From Pirellulales bacterium (GTDB taxonomy: Bacteria; Planctomycetota; Planctomycetia; Pirellulales; UBA1268): a stretch of 64,000 bases of DNA. The position numbers and the translations under genes were made by a program. The notes under the pieces were generated by a model. That model was not told the DNA's origin. It saw nothing but the letters and a program-made list of their open reading frames with translations, and made no database searches. The stretch covers positions 4,174-68,173 of the forward strand of contig JBBAVV010000022.1 in assembly GCA_040397545.1 (NCBI GenBank). Reading direction: 5' to 3'. Positions 37,486 to 47,136 of this stretch are shown in pieces (position 1 is the stretch's first letter; each line of letters opens with the position of its first letter).

Positions 37486-38952
37486 ATGGATGATCGCATG
37501 CTCCCATCCTCCCGCACCGGGCTCCGCCGCCGGTTCCTCCTCAAGGCCGGTGCCGGCTTCACTGGCCTCGCCCTCACGGGCCTCCTCGAGAAGGACGGTT
37601 TTTTCGCATCGGCTGCCGGCCCTGCCGACAGCCGGCCGCTCGCGCCGAAGCCGGCCCACCGCAAGGGGGCCAAGGCGTGCATTTTTCTCTACATGTATGG
37701 CGGTCCGTCGCAGATGGACCTCTTCGACTACAAGCCCGAGCTCCAGAAGCGCGACGGGCAGGAGATCGAGCTCGAGATCCGCCGCCGCTCGCTCCAGAAG
37801 CAGACGCTCCTCGGATCGAAACGGACCTTCCGCCAACATGGCCAGTCGGGCCTGTGGATCTCCGACGCGCTGCCCAAGCTCGCCGCGCATGCCGATGAGC
37901 TGGCCGTCGTGAAGAGCCTGTGGGCCGATTCCTTCGCCCACGGCTCGGCGAATCTGCAGATGAACACGGGGAGGATTCTCCAGGGACATCCGGCGCTGGG
38001 GAGCTGGCTCTCCTACGGCCTGGGGAGCGAGAACGACAATCTTCCCGGCTTCGTCGTCATGCTCGATCCGCGCGGCGGGCCGATCCCCGGTGCCGCCAAC
38101 TGGGCAGCCGGGTACATGCCCTCGGCCTACCAGGGAACGGTGTTCCGCTCGGCCGGCGAAGCGATCCCGGCCCTCGATCCGCCCGCCGGGGTGACGCGGG
38201 GGATGCAACGCGACGGCGTCGACACCCTCGCCGTGCTCAACCGGATCCACGCCGATGCCCGCACCGCCACCGGCGATCTCGACGCTCGTGTGGCAGCTTA
38301 CGAGCTCGGTTTCCAGCTTCAGACGAGCGGCCCGGAGCTCCTCGATCTCTCCGACGAGAGCCCGGCGACGCTCGCCGCCTACGGGCTTTTCGAGAAGAAG
38401 GGGGCCCACCCGCTCTCGCTCGGCCCCGCCCCGTTCGGGCGCCAGTGCCTCGTCGCCCGCCGGCTCGTCGAGCGCGGTGTCCGCTTCGTGCAGATCTATT
38501 CAGGTGGCGGGCACCAGCAGCAGAATTGGGACGCCCACAACGGCGTCGAGGAGAATCTCGCCATCCACGCTCCGGAGATCGACCAACCGATCGCGGCGCT
38601 GCTTTCCGACCTCAAGGCCCGCGGGCTCCTCGACGACACGCTCGTCGTCTGGGGAGGGGAGTTCGGTCGCCAGCCGGTGGGGCAGGGGGCCAACGGTGGC
38701 CGCGACCACAACCCGAAGGGTTTTTCCTCCTTTCTGGCCGGCGGTGGCGTGAAGGGGGGGACGAGCTACGGCGAGACCGACGACCTCGGCCATGAAGCCG
38801 TTGTCGACCGCCATCACGTCCGCGATCTCCACGCCACGATCCTCCATCTGATGGGGCTCGAGCCCGAGCGGCTCACCTACTTCTACGGTGGCCTCGACCA
38901 GAAATTCACCGGCGTCCAACCAGCCCGACCGATTCAGGGAATCCTCGCTTGA
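37486..38952 (+). CDS. DUF1501 protein with Tat-type signal
   Basis: 'MDDRMLPSSRTGLRRRFLLKAGAGFTGLAL', 'CIFLYMYGGPSQMDLFDYKP', 'GGEFGRQP...GRDHNP', 'HDLHATILHLMGLE'. Start at ATG 37486; the ORF is open from 37201. Confidence 0.9.
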   Translation: MDDRMLPSSRTGLRRRFLLKAGAGFTGLALTGLLEKDGFFASAAGPADSRPLAPKPAHRKGAKACIFLYMYGGPSQMDLFDYKPELQKRDGQEIELEIRRRSLQKQTLLGSKRTFRQHGQSGLWISDALPKLAAHADELAVVKSLWADSFAHGSANLQMNTGRILQGHPALGSWLSYGLGSENDNLPGFVVMLDPRGGPIPGAANWAAGYMPSAYQGTVFRSAGEAIPALDPPAGVTRGMQRDGVDTLAVLNRIHADARTATGDLDARVAAYELGFQLQTSGPELLDLSDESPATLAAYGLFEKKGAHPLSLGPAPFGRQCLVARRLVERGVRFVQIYSGGGHQQQNWDAHNGVEENLAIHAPEIDQPIAALLSDLKARGLLDDTLVVWGGEFGRQPVGQGANGGRDHNPKGFSSFLAGGGVKGGTSYGETDDLGHEAVVDRHHVRDLHATILHLMGLEPERLTYFYGGLDQKFTGVQPARPIQGILA

Positions 38953-39893
38953 CTGCGCTGCCATCTTCGCCTCCGCTGCCATCCTCGCCTCCGCTGCCAT
39001 CTTCGCCTCCGCTGCCATCCTCGCCTCCGCTGCCGGGCCGCCGTCTCCGCGTCGGCTGCGGCGAGTGGGGCTTCCGCGATCTGCCGATGGCCGATCACTT
39101 TCGGATAGGGGAGGAGTTCGGGTTTCGTGAGCTCGAGTTTGGAATCGGCGGCGGCCAGCCGGGCCGCCTGCCCGAAGCTCCCTCCGCGGCCGACATCGCC
39201 GCGTTCCGGTGCTTGGTCACCTCCAGCGGTATCGCGACCCCCGGCTGCTGCATCGAAAACGACTTCTCTGCCGGTGGGCCCGAAGCGGTGGCAGCGGCGG
39301 TCGTGAAGGCGATCCGCCAGTCACGGGCAGCCGCCGAGTGTGGCGCCAGGCAGGTCCGGTATTTCGCCGCTTTCACCCCCTGGGCTGCCATGGACGACGC
39401 CCGCTATGCCCGGATGGTCGATGCGCTGGTGGCCTGCGACCGGGAGCTCGAGCGCCTTGGGCTTTCGATGGCGATCGAGACCCACGGGGCGATCAGCCAC
39501 GGCTCCGACGGCTCCGCCATCCACACCCACACCGTCACCACCCACCCCGCCGGACTGCGCCGGCTTCTCGCCGATCTTCCGGCCAGGATCGGCTTCAACT
39601 TCGACCCCGGCAATCTCCGCGCGGCCGATCCGGCCGACCGTTCCTGTGCCGTCGATCTCCTCCGCGGCCGGATCACCTACTGCCATCTGAAGGACTGGGC
39701 GCGGGAAGGCGAGGGCTGGCGGGCTGCCGCCGTGGGCGACGTCGCCGACGGCATCGACTGGGCTGATCTCCTTCCTCGTACCGGCTACGACGGCACTTTC
39801 CTTATCGAATACGAACCGCTCCACGACACCCGCGACGGCATCCGCCGCAGTCTCGCGGCGCTCGAAGCGGCGGGGTTTGTGTTGGAATACTGA
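38949..39893 (+). CDS. Sugar-phosphate isomerase/epimerase (xylose-isomerase-like TIM barrel)
   Basis: 'LRVGCGEWGFRD...FRELEFGIGG...MAIETHG...FNFDPGNL...YCHLKDW...DGTFLIEYEP'. The only in-frame start upstream of the barrel is TTG 38949, which overlaps the DUF1501 stop. That puts a (L)PSSPP x4 repeat at the N-terminus. Confidence 0.75.
   Translation: MTALPSSPPLPSSPPLPSSPPLPSSPPLPGRRLRVGCGEWGFRDLPMADHFRIGEEFGFRELEFGIGGGQPGRLPEAPSAADIAAFRCLVTSSGIATPGCCIENDFSAGGPEAVAAAVVKAIRQSRAAAECGARQVRYFAAFTPWAAMDDARYARMVDALVACDRELERLGLSMAIETHGAISHGSDGSAIHTHTVTTHPAGLRRLLADLPARIGFNFDPGNLRAADPADRSCAVDLLRGRITYCHLKDWAREGEGWRAAAVGDVADGIDWADLLPRTGYDGTFLIEYEPLHDTRDGIRRSLAALEAAGFVLEY
38958..39034 (+). repeat. 18-bp tandem repeat x4.3 (CTGCCATC[T/C]TCGCCTCCG)
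   Basis: Read directly. Units start at 38958, 38976, 38994 and 39012, with a partial unit at 39030. They alternate T/C at position 9, so the array is effectively 36 bp x2. Confidence 0.95.
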
Positions 39894-39934
39894 TCCGCTC
39901 CCTGTTGGGGGAAGACGTCGAGGCGCGCTCCACG

Positions 39935-42010
39935 ATGCGATTCATTTGGCTTTTGTGTCTTCTGTCGGCGCTGGGAAACGCCGCGCTGCTGGCATCTGAT
40001 CCGCCGGGAGATTCGCTCCGTGACGACCAAGGAGGTGAGCCGATTGCCGCCGAGCGGCTCGAACTGCAGTCGCAAAGCGGTGGTCGCGTGCCCTTTGCCG
40101 ACCTTCTCGGGGCCGATGGGCAGGCGGTCTGCTTTGCCTTCCTCCATCCCGCCTGTCCGCTCGCTCAGGACTACGCCCCGGTGCTCGGGCAACTGGCGGA
40201 CGAGTTCGCTGACAAAGGGATCCGCTTCGTCGGGGTGGTCTGTGAGGTTGACGCCCCTGACGACATCGAGGCTTATCGCCGCGATTTCAAGATCCCCTTT
40301 CCGATCGATCTCGACAGCGAGTTCCGCCTGGCGGAGGCTCTCGATGCGACGGTCACCCCCGAGGTGGTGCTCGTCGACCGCGACCGGCGTGTGCGGTACG
40401 TCGGCCGGATCGACGACCGCTACAAGATCCGCGGCGTGATGTCGCCGGGGACACCCGATCCTGAACTGCGCGAGGCGATCGTCGACCTCGTCGCCGGCCG
40501 CGCGATTGCTGTGCCCCGCACCAAGGCCGTGGGGTGCCCGCTCGACCGGCCGGAGCGGCCAGCGTCCGATCGATCTTCGAGTGAATCGCACGCCGTGACC
40601 TACTTTCACGATGTGCTGCCGTTTCTCCATGGCCACTGTCAGCAGTGCCACAGTCCGGGGCAGGCTGGCCCGTTCAGCCTCCTCTCCTACGATGACGCGG
40701 TCGACTGGATCGACATCGGGCTCGAGGAGATCGAGGCCCGCCGCATGCCGCCGGGGCAGATCGAAAGCGACTTCGATTTCTCCGGCCCGAAGGCGCCGAC
40801 GGCAGCCGAGATCGCCATGCTGCAGGCCTGGGTGGCAGCCGGAAAACCGGAAGGGAATGCCGCCGACCATCCCGCATTCGAACCGCTGCCCGACTACGGG
40901 GCCTTCGAGGAGGATCTCGGCCCCCCCGACCTCATTCTCGAGCAGCCCGAGCCGACGCAGCTTGGCGCCCACGGCAACGATGTCTATCGCAACATCGTCT
41001 TTCCGCTCGCTCGGCCCGAGGATCTGCGGCTCCGCGCGATCCAGGTGCTCCCCGGGAATCGGAAGGTCGTGCACCACGCGCTGATCGGGCACCTGCCACG
41101 CGAAACGGTAAACGAAGCGGTCCGTCAGCATGGTGGGCGAGATGGCTTCAGCCACCCGGACGATTCCGCGGGGGGCTTCCAGGATCCGCATGGCATCGGC
41201 TTTCGGGTGCCACCGATCCGCGCCGACGGCCAGCCGCGGGCCTCGTTCGTTGGTGGCTACGTGCCGGGGGTGCGGGCGTTGGTCGCCCCCGCCGATGCGG
41301 GTGTCTTGATCCCAGCAGGCTGCGACATTACGGTGCAGGTCCACTACGTACGGACCGGCAAGATGGAGGCCGATTCGAGCCGGGTCGGCCTGTGGCTCGA
41401 AAAGCGGCCGCCGCGCAGCGTGACGAACATCATTTACCTCTCTGGCGATTTCGCAGTGGTGCCGCCGGGTGTCACCGACTTCCGCGTCACGGGTAGCTAC
41501 ACGCTCCACCAGGACGCCGATCTCGTGGGGGTCATCCCGCACGCCCACCAGTTGGCCCGCTGGTTGGCGATTAGGGTCCATGTGCCCGGCGAGGAGCAGA
41601 CTCGCTTGCTGCTCCGGGTGCCGCAGTGGGACTACAACTGGCAGTCCCCCTACAACCTCGGAAAACCGGTCCGATTTCCCGCCGGGACCCGGTTTGAAGC
41701 CGAGTGTTCCTACGACAACTCCGCCGCCAATCCGCGCAACCCGTTCGATCCACCGCAGAACGTCTGGCACGACGAGACGATCAACGACGAGATGCTGCTG
41801 CCGATGTTCACGTTCGCCTCCGAGCGGCCGCTCGATCCCCAAGGCGACTCGTTCAGGAAATTCTACTCGACGATCGTGCGATCGCGGTTTTACAGGCGCC
41901 AGGTTGATCACCGCCACAAGTACGTCGCGGATGCCGAGGGCAACATCATCATCTCCCCCGACTTCGATCCCGACGATCACCACCTCGAGAACCAACTCCC
42001 GCGCCCATGA
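39935..42010 (+). CDS. Secreted tri-domain protein: redoxin/thioredoxin-like + cytochrome c (CxxCH) + copper type II ascorbate-dependent-monooxygenase-like domain
   Basis: Signal 'MRFIWLLCLLSALGNAALLA'. 'VCFAFLHPACPLAQDYAPVL...VTPEVVLVD' (AhpC/TSA-like). 'FHDVLPFLHGHCQQCHSPGQAGPFSLLSYDD' (heme c). 'VVHHALIGH', 'IPHAHQLARW', 'WDYNWQ' and 'NDEMLLPM' match the PHM/DBH copper-ligand pattern. Confidence 0.8.
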   Translation: MRFIWLLCLLSALGNAALLASDPPGDSLRDDQGGEPIAAERLELQSQSGGRVPFADLLGADGQAVCFAFLHPACPLAQDYAPVLGQLADEFADKGIRFVGVVCEVDAPDDIEAYRRDFKIPFPIDLDSEFRLAEALDATVTPEVVLVDRDRRVRYVGRIDDRYKIRGVMSPGTPDPELREAIVDLVAGRAIAVPRTKAVGCPLDRPERPASDRSSSESHAVTYFHDVLPFLHGHCQQCHSPGQAGPFSLLSYDDAVDWIDIGLEEIEARRMPPGQIESDFDFSGPKAPTAAEIAMLQAWVAAGKPEGNAADHPAFEPLPDYGAFEEDLGPPDLILEQPEPTQLGAHGNDVYRNIVFPLARPEDLRLRAIQVLPGNRKVVHHALIGHLPRETVNEAVRQHGGRDGFSHPDDSAGGFQDPHGIGFRVPPIRADGQPRASFVGGYVPGVRALVAPADAGVLIPAGCDITVQVHYVRTGKMEADSSRVGLWLEKRPPRSVTNIIYLSGDFAVVPPGVTDFRVTGSYTLHQDADLVGVIPHAHQLARWLAIRVHVPGEEQTRLLLRVPQWDYNWQSPYNLGKPVRFPAGTRFEAECSYDNSAANPRNPFDPPQNVWHDETINDEMLLPMFTFASERPLDPQGDSFRKFYSTIVRSRFYRRQVDHRHKYVADAEGNIIISPDFDPDDHHLENQLPRP

Positions 42011-43986
42011 AGCTCGCTGCGCAGAAAGGCCTCTCGGTCGTGGCCGACGGATTGACCGTGACGGTGTCGGCTGGCCGGGCTGGCCGGGAGCGGAGGACGC
42101 TCCTCGATCGGTTGAGCTTTCGGATCGAGCCGGGCGAGTTCATCTGCGTGCTCGGCCCCAGCGGCGCCGGCAAGAGCACGTTCGTGCGGAGCTTGCTCGG
42201 CGAGCGGGAGATCGCCTCCGGCCGGTTGCTGGTCGGGGGGCACGACGTCTTTCGGGAAGCCGACGCGCTTCGCGGCGCGATCGGCTATGTCCCCCAGCGT
42301 GACATCAATCCGACGGCCCTGCCGGTCGAGCGGGCGCTCCAGTTTGCCTCGGAGGTGAGGCTTCCGGCGGGAGCGTCGGCGGCCGAGAGGCGGTCCGCGA
42401 TCGACCGCGTCATCGCCGAGGTCGGCCTCGAGAAGGTGCGGCTCCAGGCGATCGGCGACCTCTCCGGGGGGGAGATGAAGCGGGCGAGTCTGGCCGCAGA
42501 AATGCTCGCCGCGCCGGGCCTGCTCGTGCTCGACGAGGCGACCTCCAGCCTCGATCCGGCCACCGAGGCCCGGATCATGGCACTCCTGGCGGAGCGGGCC
42601 CGGGCGGGCATGACCGTGATCGCGGTCACCCACCACCTCGACAACGTTGACGAGGCCGACAGGCTTCTGATTCTCGGCCACGGCGAGGTGGTTTGGTTTG
42701 GCTCCCGCGTGGAAGCCCTCGGCCACTTCGCGGTGCAGCGGCTCGCCGATGTCTACGTCGCCATCGAAGACAAGCCGCCCGGATTCTGGTCGGCCCGCTG
42801 GCGGGACAGGCGCGCTGAAGATCCGCGGCTGGCGGAGGCGCGGGAGACTGGCGGTGCAACCATCGATCCCGAAATGAGAACCGCGTCGCTCGCGGCGGTC
42901 TCGATTCCCGGTTTCGGACGGCAGTTTACCTCCTTCCTTGGCCGTGAGCTCGAGACGCTCCTCCGCGACCGCGTCGGCCTGTGGATGTCGCTGCTGCTGC
43001 CATTGGCGCTAGCGCTGGTCGTCCTCGCCGGCTTCTCCGCCACGCGATACAAAAATCCGCTCATGGTCACGCGGCTGCTCGACCCCGGCGAGAAACAGGT
43101 CTTGGCTGACGTCTGGGGCGAGGTGGCAGAGGCGATCGCCACCGACACGGTCGCCGATCAGGATGCGAGCATCCCCGCGCAGATCCGGGTGTTCCTCGAC
43201 AGCCAGCCGAAGCTGCTCGCCCATCTCCGGGAGTCTTCGACCGAACGAATCATCCGCGATGCCCTGACCGATACCGTCCCGGTCGCCCCCGATCGGGAGA
43301 TCATCGATCCGGGCGGCACGTTCAAGTGGCTGTCGCTGATGAGCATCTGCATGGTGATCCTCGGGTTCGTGTCCGGCTTCCGGGAAATCGTCAAGGAGCG
43401 TCCGATGCTCGACCTCGAGCGGCGGCATGGCCTGCGGTTTGCTGCCTACGTGGTCGCGAAGGTTGCGGCGCTCGCGCTGTTGCTCGCCGTCCAGGTCGCG
43501 ATCTTCCAGACCACGGTCGAACTCGGGTGTCTGCTGGGCGAGGCGTTCGGCGGCGAGATTCCTGCCGCGATCTACCGGCGCGGGGCGATCGTTTCCGCCT
43601 CCTACAACTGGCTTGCGGCGGTGGCCTGCGCGACGATCGGCCTGATCGTCTCGGCCTGCGTCCGTTCGACCGACAAGGGCGTGCTTGCGGTGCCGCTGTT
43701 GATCACGCCCCAGATCCTGCTCGGAGCGACGATCCTGCCGATCAAGGGCGGGTTGCTCAAGGTCATCGCCATGCTCTTTTCGCCGCTCTATTGGGCCCAT
43801 CGTGGCTGCCGCAGCGAAGGGCCCGGCGTGCCCGAGCTCTGGCGGAATCTCGGCGACTACAACCCGGCGCCCTGGATCCCGTATGCGGCCCTCCTCGCGG
43901 AGATTCTCGTGGCGACGCTCGTCACGATCTTCGTGCTGCGCTCTCAGGAGCGGTCTGCCCTGGGGCGCAATCGCCCCGTGCGATGA
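42007..43986 (+). CDS. ABC transporter, fused ATP-binding domain + ABC-2-type permease
   Basis: Walker A 'GPSGAGKST', signature '[12 protein letters not shown]', Walker B '[12 protein letters not shown]'. The C-terminal half has about 6 TM helices. ATGA overlap with the upstream gene. Confidence 0.9.
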   Translation: MKLAAQKGLSVVADGLTVTVSAGRAGRERRTLLDRLSFRIEPGEFICVLGPSGAGKSTFVRSLLGEREIASGRLLVGGHDVFREADALRGAIGYVPQRDINPTALPVERALQFASEVRLPAGASAAERRSAIDRVIAEVGLEKVRLQAIGDLSGGEMKRASLAAEMLAAPGLLVLDEATSSLDPATEARIMALLAERARAGMTVIAVTHHLDNVDEADRLLILGHGEVVWFGSRVEALGHFAVQRLADVYVAIEDKPPGFWSARWRDRRAEDPRLAEARETGGATIDPEMRTASLAAVSIPGFGRQFTSFLGRELETLLRDRVGLWMSLLLPLALALVVLAGFSATRYKNPLMVTRLLDPGEKQVLADVWGEVAEAIATDTVADQDASIPAQIRVFLDSQPKLLAHLRESSTERIIRDALTDTVPVAPDREIIDPGGTFKWLSLMSICMVILGFVSGFREIVKERPMLDLERRHGLRFAAYVVAKVAALALLLAVQVAIFQTTVELGCLLGEAFGGEIPAAIYRRGAIVSASYNWLAAVACATIGLIVSACVRSTDKGVLAVPLLITPQILLGATILPIKGGLLKVIAMLFSPLYWAHRGCRSEGPGVPELWRNLGDYNPAPWIPYAALLAEILVATLVTIFVLRSQERSALGRNRPVR

Positions 43987-44075
43987 CGGGCCGGTCGTGC
44001 TCCCCAGAGAATGCGCCGTGGCCTGTCGGCCCCGGAGCGACAGGCCGGTCATCCCCGGTTCCCGGAGAGGCTCAC

Positions 44076-44438
44076 GTGGCAAAGCACCGCATCTTCACGA
44101 CGCCCTTCGCGAGCGTCTATCCGCACTATGTCGCGAAGGCGGAGAAGAAAGGGCGCACGAAGGACGAAGTCGATGAGATCATCCGCTGGCTCACCGGCTA
44201 CACCCGGCGGCAATTCGAGTCGACCCTGAAGAACAAGACCGACTTCGAGACATTCTTTGCCGACGCGCCGCGGATGAATCCGCTGCGGACCCTGATCAAG
44301 GGAACGGTGTGCGGGATCCGCGTCGAGGAGGTCGAGGAGCTTTCGATGCGGGAGATCCGCTACCTCGACAAACTCGTCGACGAATTGGCGAAGGGAAAGG
44401 CGATGGGGAAGATCCTCCGGAAGCCACCGGAGGCCTGA
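44076..44438 (+). CDS. DUF2200 family protein
   Basis: '(M)[41 protein letters not shown]' is the characteristic DUF2200 N-terminus. GTG 44076 is preceded by GGAGAGG. Confidence 0.85.
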   Translation: MAKHRIFTTPFASVYPHYVAKAEKKGRTKDEVDEIIRWLTGYTRRQFESTLKNKTDFETFFADAPRMNPLRTLIKGTVCGIRVEEVEELSMREIRYLDKLVDELAKGKAMGKILRKPPEA

Positions 44439-44831
44439 TGGCGCGACGAATGATCGCTTGCTGTCCCTGCTGTTGTGTCTATGGCCTGTGGGTGGTTCGT
44501 CGGCGGGGCCGGCAAAAGTCTCGTCGTTCCTCGGAGGACCTCGTCACTCCTCGAGCGTTCGCCGTTCCCCGCCTCGTCTGAGCGCTGGGATTCAATCACA
44601 TCCCTCAACGCCCCGCAGCGAGGGGTCGCCCGTGCTTCGAGAGCCGGCGTAGGATGCGAGCGGAGCCATGGATGGCGGAGCGAAGCAGGCTCCGAGCGAA
44701 CGGAGGCCACGAAGGCCGCAGTGAGCGTCCGGCGACGGGGCACGGGCGATCCCGAAGCCGCGTTCGAGCCCGGGATTGGGAGGCCCGATGAGCTTCTGGC
44801 CTGTTGGGGGGGCTTCGGCTGGGCAGGTCTC

Positions 44832-47129
44832 TTACTTTCCCTTCTTCCCCTTCGCGGTCTTCTTCGCACCGCCCTTCGCGGGCTTCGCCTTCGGCTCGTC
44901 GCCGCCCTCGTCTCCCTCGTCGTCCGCGGCATCCCCTTCGACGGTGGCGATCTTCCCGCGCTTGCCCCTCGTCGGCGGCTTCCGTCCGGCGGAGATGTCG
45001 TCGTCGACCAAATCGGCGGCGGCCTGGGTGAGGCCGACCTCGCCCGGCGCGACGATGATGCAATGCTTGCCCAGATCGAGCTCGTCCTCCTCCTCCACGA
45101 TCGGTCGGCCCCGGTCGTCGTAGCGGATGTCGGCCTGGGCGGTCTTCTTCTTGGCCAGCGCCAGGAGATCCTCGTAGAGCTTCTTGGCGTCGGTGCCGTT
45201 GATCACCGAGACGGCCTGGGCCACCTCGCCGAGGTAACGGAGGAAGATGCTGCGGCGCTGTCCTTCCTGGGCGACGCGAAGGCGGCGCCGCAGATACATG
45301 CCGAGGTTGCGCCCCACGGCCTGGAGGGCGAGGCGGATCTCCTTCTGGATCTCCGGGTAGGAGGCGATCGCCTCCTTCGATTCACTCGTGAACGGCACCC
45401 ACACGCTCGCCATGTGAACCATCACCGTCACCGGCCCCGAGGGGAGGCTGCCACGCGACTGGGAGAGGCCGTAGGAGCGCCAGTTCGTGGCGAGGATCGT
45501 CTGGGTGACGGCGCAGGCGGAATGCTGGAACTGGAGCGGCACGCGGTTGGCGAAGCGCAGCACCGACATGTTCGAGCCCTCGTCCACGTTGACATGCTGC
45601 ATCGCGGAGTGGAGCGTTGCCAGGGCGTCCTTCTTGAGCTTCGAGGGGGACTGGCGGCTGGCGAGCTTCGCCTCGTCGAGGATCTTGTCGGCCGCCTCGC
45701 CGCTCATTCCGGAGAACGTTGTCGTGAGGAACTGCCGCAAGCTGCGGGCGTCGCTCTCGCCGGCGATCTCCGTGAGCGCCTCGAGCGACACTTTCTGCGC
45801 CCCGGGCCCGCCGCCGTAGGCCAGCGACGCCTCGATCACGAACGGGTTGCCCCGGTAGACCCCCGGCGGCCGGGTGGCGGCGGTGAAGAACTCCCCCGGC
45901 ACGACCTGCCGCAATCCCGCCAGCAAACGTGGCTCGCCGATCGGCACGATGCAGTCGGTGGCCGGCGGTGGGATCTTGGTCTCTTGGATCGCCTTGTAGA
46001 GGGCATCGGCCTCGCCGCGGCCGAGCTTCGCGCAGCTGACCCGCGTCGAGAGCTTCGCCGAGTCGCAGATCTTCCGGGCGATGCCGGAGGAGACGCGCGA
46101 GAAGGAGCCGGTGAGGAACTGGGCCAGCGTCAGCTTGGTGTGTTCCTGGAGCATCGTCACGAGGCGACCGAGCTCGATGCCGTAGGGATGCGGCTTGATC
46201 TCCTTCGGCTCCGGTGGCAGTTCGTGCGTCGATCGCTCGAGGATCCGCTCCGGGCCGTCGGGTCCCTGGAAATGGATGCGGCAATGGGGATTGGCGATTG
46301 CCGTCTGCTCGAGATACTCCTCGACGCTGCCACGGCCACGCTGGAACTTCGCCTCCATCTCGATCGTCACGCGTGTGCCATGATCGATCGCGTGGCCGAG
46401 ATCGTTGGCGGCCACCCACTCGATGCCATGCTTGGCCATCAGGTCAGCGCCCGCTTTGCCGGGGGGAAGATCGACGCCCTCCCCCTTGCCGTTGAGGATC
46501 TGCGGTTCGTTGGTCTTCGTGTCGATCCGCAGTTCGTAGTAGTGGGCCGCTTCCTTGACGGAGATCTTCGAGATGATCTTCACCGGCTTGCCGGTCGTGA
46601 GCACGCCGTACATCCCGGCCGCCGAGATCCCGATCCCCTGCTGGCCGCGGCTCATCCGCAGCCGGTGGAACTTCGAGCCGTAGAGGAGCTTGCCGAAGAT
46701 CAACGGGATCTGCTTGCGCACGATCCCCGGGCCGTTGTCCTGCACCCCCATGCGGAAGCGCGAGGTGGAGTCGCTCACGGCTTCGATGTGGACCCAGATC
46801 TCGGGAAGGATGCCCGCCTCCTCGCAGGCATCGAGCGAGTTGTCGACCGCTTCCTTGACGCTCGTGAGGAGCGCCTTGCGGGGCGAATCGAACCCGAGCA
46901 GATGGCGGTTCTTCGCGAAGAACTCGCTGACCGAGATGTCGCGCTGGCCGGCGGCAAGGGTCTGGGCCGTGGCACGGCGCTTCGTCGGCGCGGGAGGGGG
47001 CGCGGGGGCCGGTGTCGACGGCTCCGTGTCGGGCTGGTCCTTGACGGTTGCCGTGGCTGGGGCGGTGGCTTTCTTGACCGCCGTGACGGCACTCGACGCG
47101 GCGGAACGGGGGGGGGGCTGCTTGACCAT
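44832..47129 (-). CDS. top6B: DNA topoisomerase VI subunit B (GHKL ATPase + H2TH + transducer) with low-complexity N- and Lys-rich C-terminal tails
   Basis: 'ISVSEFFAKNRHLLGFDSPRKALLTSVKEAVDNSLDACEEAGILPEI' (Bergerat N-box). 'DNGPGI', 'SRGQQGIGISAAGMYGVLTTGKP' (ATP lid). 'MVHMASVWVPFTSESKEAIASYPEIQKEI' (transducer). The C-terminus reads '...KAKPAKGGAKKTAKGKKGK'. Start at ATG 47129; the ORF is open to 47264. Confidence 0.9.
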   Translation of the reverse strand: MVKQPPPRSAASSAVTAVKKATAPATATVKDQPDTEPSTPAPAPPPAPTKRRATAQTLAAGQRDISVSEFFAKNRHLLGFDSPRKALLTSVKEAVDNSLDACEEAGILPEIWVHIEAVSDSTSRFRMGVQDNGPGIVRKQIPLIFGKLLYGSKFHRLRMSRGQQGIGISAAGMYGVLTTGKPVKIISKISVKEAAHYYELRIDTKTNEPQILNGKGEGVDLPPGKAGADLMAKHGIEWVAANDLGHAIDHGTRVTIEMEAKFQRGRGSVEEYLEQTAIANPHCRIHFQGPDGPERILERSTHELPPEPKEIKPHPYGIELGRLVTMLQEHTKLTLAQFLTGSFSRVSSGIARKICDSAKLSTRVSCAKLGRGEADALYKAIQETKIPPPATDCIVPIGEPRLLAGLRQVVPGEFFTAATRPPGVYRGNPFVIEASLAYGGGPGAQKVSLEALTEIAGESDARSLRQFLTTTFSGMSGEAADKILDEAKLASRQSPSKLKKDALATLHSAMQHVNVDEGSNMSVLRFANRVPLQFQHSACAVTQTILATNWRSYGLSQSRGSLPSGPVTVMVHMASVWVPFTSESKEAIASYPEIQKEIRLALQAVGRNLGMYLRRRLRVAQEGQRRSIFLRYLGEVAQAVSVINGTDAKKLYEDLLALAKKKTAQADIRYDDRGRPIVEEEDELDLGKHCIIVAPGEVGLTQAAADLVDDDISAGRKPPTRGKRGKIATVEGDAADDEGDEGGDEPKAKPAKGGAKKTAKGKKGK

Positions 47130-47136
47130 GCTGCTC

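Noticed and set aside
38500-39018. Minus-strand ORF beginning 'MAAEAKMAAEARMAAEAKMAAQ'.
   Set aside because: It is the mirror image of the 18-bp tandem repeat, and the rest is antisense to the well-supported DUF1501 gene.
47108-47117. G10 (C10 on the coding strand) homopolymer at codons 5-8 of top6B; considered as a phase-variation switch.
   Set aside because: It encodes PPP(R). Comparable runs occur in ordinary genes here: a 9-nt run at 48831-48839 in the MerR-TPR gene, an 8-nt run at 21930-21937 and an 8-nt run at 25639-25646. CCC/GGG codon runs therefore look like a compositional habit. There is no evidence of length variation from a single sequence.
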